Below, in pieces: positions 8,827-18,519 of a DNA stretch of 64,000 nucleotides. Below the pieces are notes generated by a model. It was not told the origin of the DNA. It did no database searches and was given only the letters and a program-made list of their open reading frames with translations. Each line of letters starts with the position of its first letter. The first letter of the stretch is position 1. Source of the stretch: a virus; the IMG/VR virus record IMGVR_UViG_3300018080_000138, positions 32,709 to 96,708 of that record, one strand, 5' to 3'. Position numbers and translations under genes: made by a program.

Positions 8827-9992
8827 TGAGTGTTAGACGTGAGGTAGAAAATCTTACTGATTCTGAGAAACAACTATTGAGAAAGATGTTGGATGATGAG
8901 ATTTTTTATAAGGAAGTAATAGATAATATTTATATTTGTGATAAGGTGGGAATTCAGCAATTTATTGAAGATGAAAATTATCTTGGAAGTGGTGATGAGA
9001 TTTGGCCGGCAATAAAAAACGATCTTATTAAGATATATGAGTTGGGGGTTCGAGAAGCATTTATGGTGGAGGGTATAGGTGCTGGTAAATCAACAAAGAC
9101 GGCTCTTGCGTTGTGTTATGAGTTATTTAAATTAGGGAGGTTAAAAAATCCACAAAGATACTATGGTTTACGTTCAAAAACAAAAATTGCTGTTATTAAT
9201 ATGTCAATTAGAGCAACACAGGCAAAGGATGTGTTGTTTGATGATATCCAAAGTTTAATAGGAATGTCACCTTGGTTTAATAAATTTTTTAAGCCAGATC
9301 AGAAAGTCCATTCAAAACTTAAATTTCCTAATAATATTTTTGCTATTCCTGGAAATTCACAGGAATCACTTCCAATAGGATTTACGTTAAAAGCCGCAGC
9401 ATTGGATGAAGCGGCACATTTTATGACTAAATTTCATATTGGTGATGATATGGATCAAAGTAGAAATGTTTACCTTTCATTATTGAAGAGATTAAGATCA
9501 AGATTTATGGATTATTTATTAATTGTTTGTACATCTCCGAGATTGGTAGAAGATTTGACTGAGAAGATGAGGGAAAAAGCACTAAAATCCAATGGTGACA
9601 TGTTTTGGATAAGAAGACCACTATGGAAAGCAAAACCAAAAGGATATTATGCAAATGATTATTTTGTCTATGATGAGAGGCATCAAAAAATAATTGGTTC
9701 GGCAAAGGATGTTATTGAGTGTGTGTTTGGTAAAATAGATGGATTTGAGAAACTATGTCTTGAGGAGGTTCAGTACTTGGTTAATTTAATGTATAATTAT
9801 AAGCCTGAAGCGGTTAGTGATTATGTTATTGACGAGACATTGGAGGTAGTAGACCCTGGATTAGGAATAACAAGGGCCGATGCTGATCTAAGTGTTGTTA
9901 ATATTCTTGATAGTATTAGTAACCTTGAGAAAGATGATGAGTTCGATTCTATTGAAGATATTTCCGAGAGCGCTGAGGTGCTCACTATATGA
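8826..9992 (+). CDS. terminase large subunit, ATPase part
   Basis: GIGAGKST Walker A, AAALDEAAHF Walker B, CTSP coupling motif; acidic C-terminal extension. Confidence 0.85.
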   Translation: MSVRREVENLTDSEKQLLRKMLDDEIFYKEVIDNIYICDKVGIQQFIEDENYLGSGDEIWPAIKNDLIKIYELGVREAFMVEGIGAGKSTKTALALCYELFKLGRLKNPQRYYGLRSKTKIAVINMSIRATQAKDVLFDDIQSLIGMSPWFNKFFKPDQKVHSKLKFPNNIFAIPGNSQESLPIGFTLKAAALDEAAHFMTKFHIGDDMDQSRNVYLSLLKRLRSRFMDYLLIVCTSPRLVEDLTEKMREKALKSNGDMFWIRRPLWKAKPKGYYANDYFVYDERHQKIIGSAKDVIECVFGKIDGFEKLCLEEVQYLVNLMYNYKPEAVSDYVIDETLEVVDPGLGITRADADLSVVNILDSISNLEKDDEFDSIEDISESAEVLTI

Positions 9993-10738
9993 AAATTGAA
10001 AGTATAAAAATTCATTCAGACTCAATATTAACTGTTATCCCAAGTCATTTCCTTCCAGATTACCAGGAAGATGCTGGTAAGGCACATAGAGATTTTGGTG
10101 CAAAAACACATAGAGAATCAATAAGATTTATAAGAGATGAGTTATTAGTTGATTCTATGTTTGATCAGTCAGTTAGTAGACCAATAACAGATAATCTTGT
10201 ACTTTACCGGTGGTTTTTACCTAAGAAAAATTGTTATTACCATGCGCATATTGATCTTGGGTTTAACCATTGTAGTTGTGGTATTGCACTTGCTCACCAA
10301 GAGGGTTGGGGAACAGTAATTGATTTGGCCGAGTCATTATCGCCTAAGTTATTTGGTGGTGAGATAGATTTTGAAGAAATTAGGCAAATAGTAAAATCTC
10401 TTGTTTTAAGAAGATTTAATGTCACTGTCACATACGACAGTTTTCAGTCATTTGATAGTATACAACAGTTAAGACAAGGTGGGATAATTGCTGATTTATT
10501 TTCAGTAGATAGAGATATGAGAGCATATATTTCGTTGAGAAGAGGGTTATATGAGAAGTCTATCAAATGTTATTTTTCTGAGAAGTTAAGAAATGAGCTT
10601 CTTGGTTTAGTAAGAAGTGGTGATAAAATTGATAAGCCTGTTAATGGTTCAAAGGATCTTTCTGATGCTGTTGCAGCAGCAGTATACCATTGCAGAGAGT
10701 TTTCAAATAGATTAATCACAGAAGGGAAGGTGGTATAA
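9989..10738 (+). CDS. terminase large subunit, nuclease part
   Basis: AHIDLG, VTYDSFQS, KIDKP..GSKDLSDAVA RNase H-like motifs. Confidence 0.85.
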   Translation: MKIESIKIHSDSILTVIPSHFLPDYQEDAGKAHRDFGAKTHRESIRFIRDELLVDSMFDQSVSRPITDNLVLYRWFLPKKNCYYHAHIDLGFNHCSCGIALAHQEGWGTVIDLAESLSPKLFGGEIDFEEIRQIVKSLVLRRFNVTVTYDSFQSFDSIQQLRQGGIIADLFSVDRDMRAYISLRRGLYEKSIKCYFSEKLRNELLGLVRSGDKIDKPVNGSKDLSDAVAAAVYHCREFSNRLITEGKVV

Positions 10739-10740
10739 GT

Positions 10741-11040
10741 ATGAAAAATATTAAAAAGTCTGCAAAAAAAGTTACGGGAAATATTTTTTGTAAGTATTGT
10801 AGAAAAATTACCTCACATAGGGTATCAATAGACATAGGGTACGGAAAAGTGGTGGTTATGTGTCTGAGCTGTTTAAGAATAGTACATTCTGTTTCATTAC
10901 AGACATTTGATAAATATATTCAGGAAAAAAAAGATAGTATAAAAAAGATAAAGATTGCAGTGCTTGATGATATAAAGTCGTTGGATAGTGCCAAGCAAGA
11001 TTTAATCAATAAATTTATTGAGAAAGTAGATGGAAAATGA
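10741..11040 (+). CDS. zinc-ribbon protein
   Basis: CKYC...CLSC. Confidence 0.55.
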   Translation: MKNIKKSAKKVTGNIFCKYCRKITSHRVSIDIGYGKVVVMCLSCLRIVHSVSLQTFDKYIQEKKDSIKKIKIAVLDDIKSLDSAKQDLINKFIEKVDGK

Positions 11041-11327
11041 AAAGAAGTACTAAGTTACATCAAAGAATTAGTTTAATTGCTGACGAAGTCCATCAAATAG
11101 CCATTAAACAGGCAGAGGTAAAAGGATTATTTGATTCTTTAAAGGCAAATATATTAAAAGATTTTAACGAAGCTATTTCTGAGATCCGTGTATTGTATGA
11201 TGTAAAATTACAGAAGCATGATGATGAGTTAGAGGAATTACACTCAAAGTTTAAGATAAGAACAACACTTTTTGTTATTTTTATGATAGTAATTGAAGCA
11301 GTTGCCGTTGTGTTGAAGACATCATAA
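11037..11327 (+). CDS. coiled-coil protein with C-terminal transmembrane helix
   Basis: hydrophobic TLFVIFMIVIEAVAVVL at C-terminus. Confidence 0.55.
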   Translation: MKRSTKLHQRISLIADEVHQIAIKQAEVKGLFDSLKANILKDFNEAISEIRVLYDVKLQKHDDELEELHSKFKIRTTLFVIFMIVIEAVAVVLKTS

Positions 11328-11352
11328 TATATTTTATTAAGTATTGGTGATA

Positions 11353-12291
11353 ATGGTACGTGATAATCAGATTGGTTTGCTACAGTTTTGCAGTGAGCAA
11401 AGAAAAATTCTTATACTAAGATCGATAGGTGGTATTGGTGACATTATTAATACACGGCCTTTATTTAAACAGATAGCCGAGTTGTCTAATGGAAGTGAAA
11501 TAACTTATGGATTACCGAGGGAATATATCTCATTAGTTATTGATCATCCGTATATTGATGCTGTATTGCCAATAGATTTAATAGATCAGGATGAGTATGC
11601 CTGGGTCGGTGATACAACTAATAAGGCTGGAAATTATGAATATAAGCATTTACCTAATATTAGTTTACATCGGTCAGAGATTTGGGCAAGATATCTTGGA
11701 TTTAATTTAGAAAACCATGACTATAATATTACCTTTTATAATAATGAAAAAAAATTGCAGGAAGAATTTATTGACGATTATTCTAATAAGGAGATTTTTA
11801 TTGGATTAATGACTAAGACATCACATCCATCTAAGGATTGGTTTGATCATAGATGGATTGAACTTATAGATAGAATAAAAAGTGAGTATAATAATATACA
11901 TGTATTTAGGTTTGGTATGAAAAAGCCAAAAATGAGTAATGTTATAGATGTTGATACAAGAGGTAATCTTAGAAAATGGATGTATCTTACTGCTACAATG
12001 AATCTTATTATTACTCCGGCGACGTCCATGTTTTGTCTTGCCAACGCATTACATATACCAACTGTCGCAATTTTTGGCGTCGAAGATGGTCTTGTTTACG
12101 GCAAATATTTTAATGAATGTATTGTAGTAGAAAGAAGGAAAAAGGATGGTATTAAGTGGAGTAGTTGTCCATGTTGGGGCAGTCAGTATTGTTCTCATAG
12201 ATTAGTAGATGGGATGGTAGAATGTATGCGGAGTATAACCGTTAATGAGGTATTATCTACACTTAGGAAAAAGTTAGATGCACTTATCTAA
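11353..12291 (+). CDS. GT9 (heptosyltransferase-like) glycosyltransferase
   Basis: ILRSIGGIGDII, HPYID, SKDW, ANALHIPTVAIFG, CPCW...C...CM. Confidence 0.85.
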   Translation: MVRDNQIGLLQFCSEQRKILILRSIGGIGDIINTRPLFKQIAELSNGSEITYGLPREYISLVIDHPYIDAVLPIDLIDQDEYAWVGDTTNKAGNYEYKHLPNISLHRSEIWARYLGFNLENHDYNITFYNNEKKLQEEFIDDYSNKEIFIGLMTKTSHPSKDWFDHRWIELIDRIKSEYNNIHVFRFGMKKPKMSNVIDVDTRGNLRKWMYLTATMNLIITPATSMFCLANALHIPTVAIFGVEDGLVYGKYFNECIVVERRKKDGIKWSSCPCWGSQYCSHRLVDGMVECMRSITVNEVLSTLRKKLDALI

Positions 12292-12574
12292 GAATAAAAT
12301 AAAAAAGATATTGAAGTATAAATCCGGAGATTTATTTGATATAAAAAAATTACAACCTGTGGTATTGGGATTACTTAGAAAAATACGATTTGAAGGCGAT
12401 GTTATTGTTTCAAAAGAAGTATTTCTTGAGTGTTCGGTCTGTAATGAAAGTATAGAATTTTTATTAGAATTTTTATGTTATGTATTTGAACTTGATTTTG
12501 TGTTTGAGAAAGAAAATATAAGGATAAAGATAAAAAGTGACAGTAGGACAAATAATAGTAATAGTAAAAAATAA
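12278..12574 (+). CDS. hypothetical protein
   Basis: ORF track; overlaps neighbours. Confidence 0.5.
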   Translation: MHLSKNKIKKILKYKSGDLFDIKKLQPVVLGLLRKIRFEGDVIVSKEVFLECSVCNESIEFLLEFLCYVFELDFVFEKENIRIKIKSDSRTNNSNSKK

Positions 12575-12740
12575 GGGTAGAGTAAAAGTTACTTTTAGGT
12601 CGTTAAGAAAATTAGTACCAAATAAACAGGCAACACAGACTGCAAGATCAATTGCGAAAAGGTACAATCTTTTGGTAAGGATAGACATAAAAGGAAAATT
12701 TGTTGTGTTTACAAGTAAAAAACAAAAGAGGAAAGGTTGA
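12537..12740 (+). CDS. small basic hypothetical protein
   Basis: ORF track; coupled to next gene. Confidence 0.45.
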   Translation: MTVGQIIVIVKNKGRVKVTFRSLRKLVPNKQATQTARSIAKRYNLLVRIDIKGKFVVFTSKKQKRKG

Positions 12741-14170
12741 GTATAATGTCATTTATTAAATCAGTAGTTACTGATGATATTAAAAAAGTTTTAGATAAAG
12801 TAGTGACAGGAAAAATATTATTAATTTATGGTAAGAATAAAACCATTACCACACAAGCAACTAATATTATATTAGGTAATACATTTGGATTATTTGACAA
12901 ATTTGAAGTAACAGATATTTTCTATAAAGATTTAGAAGGCCATATACAAAAATATGGAAAAGGTGGCTTTGATATTGTTCTAATGCTTGACTACGATCCT
13001 GATATGGATACAAATAAGATATATTCTCTTTGTATTGCAGGTGGGTATATTGTTATTGCTGTCAATAAGTGTACCATGGTAAATGATTATAGTATAAAGA
13101 AATTTGAGGATGCGCACTGTGAACACTATCCAAAGTATGATTCTTATACCTTTGTTATAAGAAAAAATAAATTTTATACTGATTTATTGGATAAAAAGGT
13201 TGCGATGATTTGTCCAGTGGATGATCACCCATTGCGAAAGATAGATAGACCAAAAACTCCTGCTCATTCATGGACTGAGTATATAAAGATAGTACCATTG
13301 GACGGGTTTTATGGTGTTCCAAGCCATAGACATTATAATGAACTTAGTAAATATGACATTATAATAGTAGTGTCATTTATTAATTACGCAAGTTCAATTA
13401 TATCCATGCTAAAGACATGGTTTCCAGAGAAAAAAATTGGATTATATGCAGATTCCTATTTACTTAGTATGTTTAATGCGGGTGAAGGAAATTGGCCTAT
13501 TGCTGAGTTTTTGCATAATGCTAAGTTTTGTGACTTTTATGCGTATAATAGACCTGATGGTGATAGATTTTGGAAGTCATTTGTTCCCGAGCATAGTGAT
13601 AGATCTGTTTTTTTATCCTTTCCTATAGATGTTGGGTATATTAGAAAGAATTATTGTAGCAAGAATGTTGATAACTCAGTATTTGTTGCTGGTGATCATT
13701 TGTGTTCTTCTTCGGTGGCTTTTGTTGAAAAAAATTCTCCTGGTTCAATTATAAAGATGGTTGATTACCGTATCGGTAACCAACGTCCGCAGATAGAACA
13801 ATTTAAAATACATAAGGAAATTTTTCCTAAAGTATCACAGGATGAGTTTTATAGGATAATTTCAAATAGTAAGTTCTGTGTTTATTTTGATACAAAAGGA
13901 TCAGTTGGTAGAATTCCAAGAGATATGGCTGCACTACGTATTCCTTGTGTTGGATTTTCATGTACAGGTTATCAGCAGCAACTTTTTCCAAGTATGACGA
14001 TCGAAAATCTTACGGAACTTGGTAGGTTAGCAAATAGATTACATACCCTGGAAAAGGAAATTATAAGAGAAGATGTATTGAGTGTATCTGATAAATGGAT
14101 AAAGGAATATGATATTGAAGAAAGTATTAAAAGATTTTATAAGTTCGTAGAATTTGTTACTAATTTATAA
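12737..14170 (+). CDS. GT-B-like glycosyltransferase with a degenerate methyltransferase-like N-terminus; paralog of 44015-44986
   Basis: shared AMICP, LSFPID, PKVSQDEFY, VYFDxKGxVGR, IPCVG, QQLFP blocks; N-terminal FDIVL...AGGYIVI. Confidence 0.55.
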   Translation: MSIMSFIKSVVTDDIKKVLDKVVTGKILLIYGKNKTITTQATNIILGNTFGLFDKFEVTDIFYKDLEGHIQKYGKGGFDIVLMLDYDPDMDTNKIYSLCIAGGYIVIAVNKCTMVNDYSIKKFEDAHCEHYPKYDSYTFVIRKNKFYTDLLDKKVAMICPVDDHPLRKIDRPKTPAHSWTEYIKIVPLDGFYGVPSHRHYNELSKYDIIIVVSFINYASSIISMLKTWFPEKKIGLYADSYLLSMFNAGEGNWPIAEFLHNAKFCDFYAYNRPDGDRFWKSFVPEHSDRSVFLSFPIDVGYIRKNYCSKNVDNSVFVAGDHLCSSSVAFVEKNSPGSIIKMVDYRIGNQRPQIEQFKIHKEIFPKVSQDEFYRIISNSKFCVYFDTKGSVGRIPRDMAALRIPCVGFSCTGYQQQLFPSMTIENLTELGRLANRLHTLEKEIIREDVLSVSDKWIKEYDIEESIKRFYKFVEFVTNL

Positions 14171-14190
14171 CTGAGAGGTAGGAGGTAGGT

Positions 14191-14808
14191 ATGATACCAT
14201 TTGATATTAATAGTAGTACATTAGATAATAATAATAAAGATAAGGTAGTTATTGAAGAACCGACAGTATTGGAAGTATCTGGGAATAAAATTTTCTTTTA
14301 TTCGGAAATTGATAGGTCATCTATTCTAACCTTAAATAAGACGATAACAAATAAAAGTTCTGGTTATATGGCAGAGCAGGCTGATTACCAAGCAAATGAA
14401 CCATATCCGATTTATCTCCATATTAATAGTTATGGTGGTGGTGTGTTTCAAGGATTGGCTGGTATGGATAGGATATTGGCAGTTCGTAAGGATACACCAA
14501 TTAATACAGTAATTGATGGTTGTTGTGCATCTGCAGCGACTCTTTTAAGTATTGTTGGTAGTAAAAGATATATTTATAAGCATGCATTTATGTTGATCCA
14601 TCAGTTATCCTCATTTTCATTTGGAAAATATTATGAAATTAAGGATAATATGGATAATCTTGACCGAATTATGGATATATTGAGAGAAATTTACTTGGAA
14701 TATACAAAAATTCCAAAGGAAAAGTTGGAAGAAATCTTAAAGCATGATTTATGGTTTGATGCAAAACAATGCTATGAGTATGGTCTTGTAGATGCAGTAT
14801 TGGGGTAA
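14191..14808 (+). CDS. ClpP-like serine protease (S14)
   Basis: HINSYGG, CASAA, MLIHQ, DLWFDA..YGLVD; RBS AGGAGG. Confidence 0.9.
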   Translation: MIPFDINSSTLDNNNKDKVVIEEPTVLEVSGNKIFFYSEIDRSSILTLNKTITNKSSGYMAEQADYQANEPYPIYLHINSYGGGVFQGLAGMDRILAVRKDTPINTVIDGCCASAATLLSIVGSKRYIYKHAFMLIHQLSSFSFGKYYEIKDNMDNLDRIMDILREIYLEYTKIPKEKLEEILKHDLWFDAKQCYEYGLVDAVLG

Positions 14809-14852
14809 TGACTATAATATTTTATATTTATTTTTAATGTGTTGAAAATAAG

Positions 14853-14861
14853 TGGTATAAT
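14853..14861 (+). promoter_or_regulatory. extended -10 sigma70-type promoter element
   Basis: TGGTATAAT upstream of RBS GGGAGG and ATG 14878. Confidence 0.5.
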
Positions 14862-14877
14862 AGTCAAGGGAGGATTG

Positions 14878-15066
14878 ATGAATAGTGATTATATTAGAAA
14901 GTGCAAGAGAAAAAAAATATTTTATGATGAACTTGATGCTAAATTGGCCGGCCTTAGAATGTCATTGATACATAAAACTAATCTGAGTAATTATGTATGT
15001 AAATATTGTGGTAATTGGCATATTGGAAGAAGTGATAAGATAAATTTTTATGGAGGATTAAAATAA
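14878..15066 (+). CDS. small zinc-binding protein (YxCxxCxxWH type)
   Basis: CKRKK..., YVCKYCGNWHIG. Confidence 0.6.
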   Translation: MNSDYIRKCKRKKIFYDELDAKLAGLRMSLIHKTNLSNYVCKYCGNWHIGRSDKINFYGGLK

Positions 15067-15067
15067 T

Positions 15068-15946
15068 ATGTTTATCCCATATCAGGACGTTGAGAGGTTG
15101 GGTAACAGTGAAGTTGAGGGAATTCTCAATGGAAAATGTTATATTTTTCCAAAGTTGGATGGTACATGTTCATCATTGTGGTATAATAATGGTATACAGG
15201 CTGGCAGTAGAAGAAGGCAGTTAAGTATTCATAGTGATAATAGAGGATTTTATAAATCCACCTCTACTAATATTAGATTCATGAAATTGTTTAAAGAATA
15301 CCCTAATCTCATGTTATATGGTGAGTGGTTAGTTCTGCATACTATTAAGGATTACCTTGACTCTGCATGGGGAAAGTTTTATGTGTTTGATATATTGAAA
15401 GTCGGTGCTTCAACACTAACCTATTTGCCATATATTCTATACGAGGATATCCTTGTAAAGTTTGGTATTGATTTTATTCCATGTATTGGTGTGTTGGTTG
15501 ACCCAACAATTGATGATGTGAAAAAATATCTTGATAAAAATACATATTTAATGAAGAAGGGGTATGGGGAAGGTATTGTCATTAAAAATTATGATTTTGT
15601 CAATAGGTATGGAAGGACGACATGGGCAAAATTAGTTAGGGATGAGTATAGTCATGAAAATCGCAGAAAAAAGAAAAAAGTGGATAAGTCCTTTGTGGAA
15701 GAAATGATAGTTGAGAAGTTTGTTTCTCGTCATCTTATCGATAAAGTCTATGCTAAGATATGTAGTGATAATGGTGGGTGGAGTAGTAAATTTACCCAAC
15801 AATTGTTGAATACGATATTTTATGATTTAGTGAGGGAAGAATCATGGAATATGGTTAAAAAATTTAAATATCCAACAATTAATTATAAGGTATTAAAGGC
15901 TGTAACATTTAGTAGGATAAAAGTAATTAAAAAAGAATTGTTTTAA
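15068..15946 (+). CDS. ATP-dependent RNA ligase (Rnl2-like)
   Basis: KLDGT, LYGEW, FYVFDI, GEGIVIK, AKLV nucleotidyltransferase motifs. Confidence 0.8.
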   Translation: MFIPYQDVERLGNSEVEGILNGKCYIFPKLDGTCSSLWYNNGIQAGSRRRQLSIHSDNRGFYKSTSTNIRFMKLFKEYPNLMLYGEWLVLHTIKDYLDSAWGKFYVFDILKVGASTLTYLPYILYEDILVKFGIDFIPCIGVLVDPTIDDVKKYLDKNTYLMKKGYGEGIVIKNYDFVNRYGRTTWAKLVRDEYSHENRRKKKKVDKSFVEEMIVEKFVSRHLIDKVYAKICSDNGGWSSKFTQQLLNTIFYDLVREESWNMVKKFKYPTINYKVLKAVTFSRIKVIKKELF

Positions 15947-15964
15947 TATATAAGGAAATATATT

Positions 15965-16270
15965 GTGGAAAAAGATCAATTTTATTTTTCGTCATTTTAT
16001 ATTGATGATTTATTGGTGACAGAATGTGAGTTGCATGTTCATTATGATAAGATAAATGCGGAGTATAACCAACAGATTATATTTAAAGGTCGTGCAGTAA
16101 AGCATCCGAGTGATCAATTATATAGGGCATTTGGTAGAAAATTGGCATTGAGGAGAGCAACTGAAAATGCCATGGTTAAAGTTCCTAATTTTGATAAATG
16201 TAGAAGAAAAGCACTTTGGGATAAGTTTTATTCGTATAAATCTAACAAATCTTTATTGAAGAGGAAATGA
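15965..16270 (+). CDS. hypothetical protein
   Basis: HPSDQ..RAFGRKLALRRA motif typical of small phage proteins. Confidence 0.55.
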   Translation: MEKDQFYFSSFYIDDLLVTECELHVHYDKINAEYNQQIIFKGRAVKHPSDQLYRAFGRKLALRRATENAMVKVPNFDKCRRKALWDKFYSYKSNKSLLKRK

Positions 16271-16650
16271 TGTTAATACTTGTTCAGAGAGAGAATTTTG
16301 TTGATCCTCAGGGCGCATCATTTACTCCAACTTCATTGAAAGAAAATGATGGGAAGGAAGTATCTATAACAGATAATTTTAATAAGGTTTCTGTATTTGG
16401 AACAGGTAAGTTGAAGGCAATTGGCGAAGGAAAAGGTTTATATATAGATATAGATGATTCGTTGGCCGGTACATTATTTGGATCCATGCCAATTGGATTT
16501 ATGACTAATGTAAATGACATACAGAATGTTGATGGACGAAGAGTTTTTACGTCAATAGATGTTACTGAAGTTGCCTGCATAAAAAATCCCGTAGATGATA
16601 CATTACCAAAAATTGAAGATATATTGGACATGGAAATGGTGAAAAAATGA
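16267..16650 (+). CDS. short, degenerate HK97 prohead-protease-like protein
   Basis: VDPQG..F, GLY, PIGF, VTEVACIKNP resemble the protease fold; catalytic His/Ser not evident. Confidence 0.4.
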   Translation: MMLILVQRENFVDPQGASFTPTSLKENDGKEVSITDNFNKVSVFGTGKLKAIGEGKGLYIDIDDSLAGTLFGSMPIGFMTNVNDIQNVDGRRVFTSIDVTEVACIKNPVDDTLPKIEDILDMEMVKK

Positions 16651-16850
16651 GTGATTGGAAATTAGTTGAAGAGAGTTTACCACCAGTAATAGAAGGATTT
16701 CCTTTTTCCCAGATGAGTATCCGGGTATTTGTAAAGGATGGTAATAATTATACATCTGGTTTTTACATGTATAGGTTTAATAAATGGTATGGTATTAATA
16801 CAAATGATGAGTTATCCAATGTTAAGTGTTGGATGTTTATCCCCGAATAA
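16647..16850 (+). CDS. DUF551-like protein
   Basis: W..VEESLP ... VKCWMFIPE. Confidence 0.65.
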   Translation: MSDWKLVEESLPPVIEGFPFSQMSIRVFVKDGNNYTSGFYMYRFNKWYGINTNDELSNVKCWMFIPE

Positions 16851-16868
16851 AATTATAGAGAGGATAGG

Positions 16869-17141
16869 ATGTTTACACATGTAGAACGTAACGAAATAGG
16901 TTATAGGAATACTATTCATATAAGTCATTTACACAGGTATATTTCAGCGTATGAAACATGTAAATATACTATAGATGAACTTATTAATAGCATTGAGAAT
17001 GCATTAGTTGAGGCAGAAAAAACAAAAAAAACAGTGATAGTTGATCAAGATGGTGAGTTTTGCTTTCATGTATCTCCAGTTGGTTATATTACATTAATGA
17101 TACCTTGGAAAATGTTTACTGTAGTAAGGGATAAGAAATGA
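16869..17141 (+). CDS. hypothetical protein
   Basis: ORF track with RBS GAGG. Confidence 0.55.
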   Translation: MFTHVERNEIGYRNTIHISHLHRYISAYETCKYTIDELINSIENALVEAEKTKKTVIVDQDGEFCFHVSPVGYITLMIPWKMFTVVRDKK

Positions 17142-17221
17142 TAAAGATTCCTGTTAAATACAAAAAGGATGCATGGGCTGTTTTGAAAGATAAGGGAGTT
17201 GTGGTAGAATGGACAGAGTAG
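17138..17221 (+). pseudogene. internally deleted relic of the Cys-rich KIP...W family (MIKIPVKYKK...VEWTE)
   Basis: N- and C-termini match 24431-24781 but the Cys core is absent. Confidence 0.4.
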
Positions 17222-17284
17222 GCAGCTTTTATCTCTGACATTAAAAAGAATATGTAAATCGATTATTTTTGGATTGATAAAATA

Positions 17285-17482
17285 ATGAGAGTAATAATAG
17301 ATTTAGAAATTGAAACACCTGATTATGAAGGCGTAAAATTTATGGTAGAAATTAATAAACTTCTTTCAGATATACGGAAAGATATGGGGGATAATGAGAA
17401 GAATTTACGTTTGGTAAAGTTTAAAATGCGCGATAAATATGGCGATTTATCTGATAGTAGAGATTTTGAATGGACAGAATAG
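17285..17482 (+). CDS. hypothetical protein
   Basis: ORF track. Confidence 0.5.
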   Translation: MRVIIDLEIETPDYEGVKFMVEINKLLSDIRKDMGDNEKNLRLVKFKMRDKYGDLSDSRDFEWTE

Positions 17483-17495
17483 ATTGGAGGATTAG

Positions 17496-17828
17496 ATGAC
17501 TACCTTCTTATTGGGTATGAGTATTGGATTTTTGTTAGTTTGTTTGCTGATTAGAAGATGGGTAAAAGTGGAGGATTTAATAGACACTGCAATCAAATCT
17601 TTTGTGGTTTTGTTGATAACAAAGTTATTTTATTTTATAGTTTTTGGTTTGACTATATACCATTTTGAGCACCTTCAAAAGTTGAATACTGATGATAGTC
17701 GCCCAAAAGTAAATCAGGAGTATTTTGAGGGGGTTAGAGATACGGTGGATATTTTGAAGAATTTGAATTCTACTTGGTGGTTTGGTGATTTAGTTCCGGA
17801 TAGAGTTGATAAACTTGAACTATGGTGA
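17496..17828 (+). CDS. membrane protein with two TM helices
   Basis: two hydrophobic segments; RBS GGAGG. Confidence 0.55.
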   Translation: MTTFLLGMSIGFLLVCLLIRRWVKVEDLIDTAIKSFVVLLITKLFYFIVFGLTIYHFEHLQKLNTDDSRPKVNQEYFEGVRDTVDILKNLNSTWWFGDLVPDRVDKLELW

Positions 17829-17855
17829 GGTTATAGAAAATAGTAGGGGTACTTT

Positions 17856-18059
17856 GTGAAATTGAATATAAGCATAGAAATAGATGACTTAGATGATCGA
17901 ACCTGTGGTGAGCATTGTCCATTTTTGCAGGATGATGAGTGTTTACTTTTTTCCTGTGATTTAGAAGAAACTATCTTACCTAAGAATCATGTTTGGCAAG
18001 ATGGTGTTAGTCCAACCAGGCAGAGAACTTATCGATGTTTAACATTTGGAGTAGAGTAA
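17856..18059 (+). CDS. Cys-rich hypothetical protein
   Basis: CGEHCPF...C.LF...C. Confidence 0.5.
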   Translation: MKLNISIEIDDLDDRTCGEHCPFLQDDECLLFSCDLEETILPKNHVWQDGVSPTRQRTYRCLTFGVE

Positions 18060-18496
18060 TGTATAAGATTCCAATTTATTTTAGAAGCAAGTTAAAAAGA
18101 AGGTTTAATGAGAATTTATTAATCTATACAGAGGGTGTAGTTAGGCGGATTGATGGACAATGTCCTTTATGTAAGGTTTATCGTAAGTTAGGATATTGTC
18201 AATTATGCCCATTTGTTACTGGGCATAATTGTGCGCATTTTGTAGTTGCTAATGTAAAGAAGGATTATACTGATGGTAAGATATTAATTAAACTTAACCT
18301 TGATGGATTTTCCATTCCAAATGCTTCTATGGAAGAAGGGAAAAAGATGATAATAAGTTTGAAGAAAAATGCAAAGAAGCAAATTAGATGGACATTTGGT
18401 AGAGAGTCACTAAGATTATATTTTAAGGATTTTGTAAGTTTTGTAGAAAAACTTATGGATTGGATAAGTTATGATATACCGGCACGTTATACGTAG
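18059..18496 (+). CDS. Cys-rich zinc-binding protein, family member 1
   Basis: KIP, CPLC...CQLCPF...C; paralog of 24431 and 28112. Confidence 0.6.
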   Translation: MYKIPIYFRSKLKRRFNENLLIYTEGVVRRIDGQCPLCKVYRKLGYCQLCPFVTGHNCAHFVVANVKKDYTDGKILIKLNLDGFSIPNASMEEGKKMIISLKKNAKKQIRWTFGRESLRLYFKDFVSFVEKLMDWISYDIPARYT

Positions 18497-18519
18497 TTTA
18501 GTATATATATAACAATGAA

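Noticed and set aside
9700-10040. Group I intron or intein in terL
   Set aside because: No recognisable intron core or intein splice motifs; the segment is open and protein-like. RT-PCR would be needed for full exclusion
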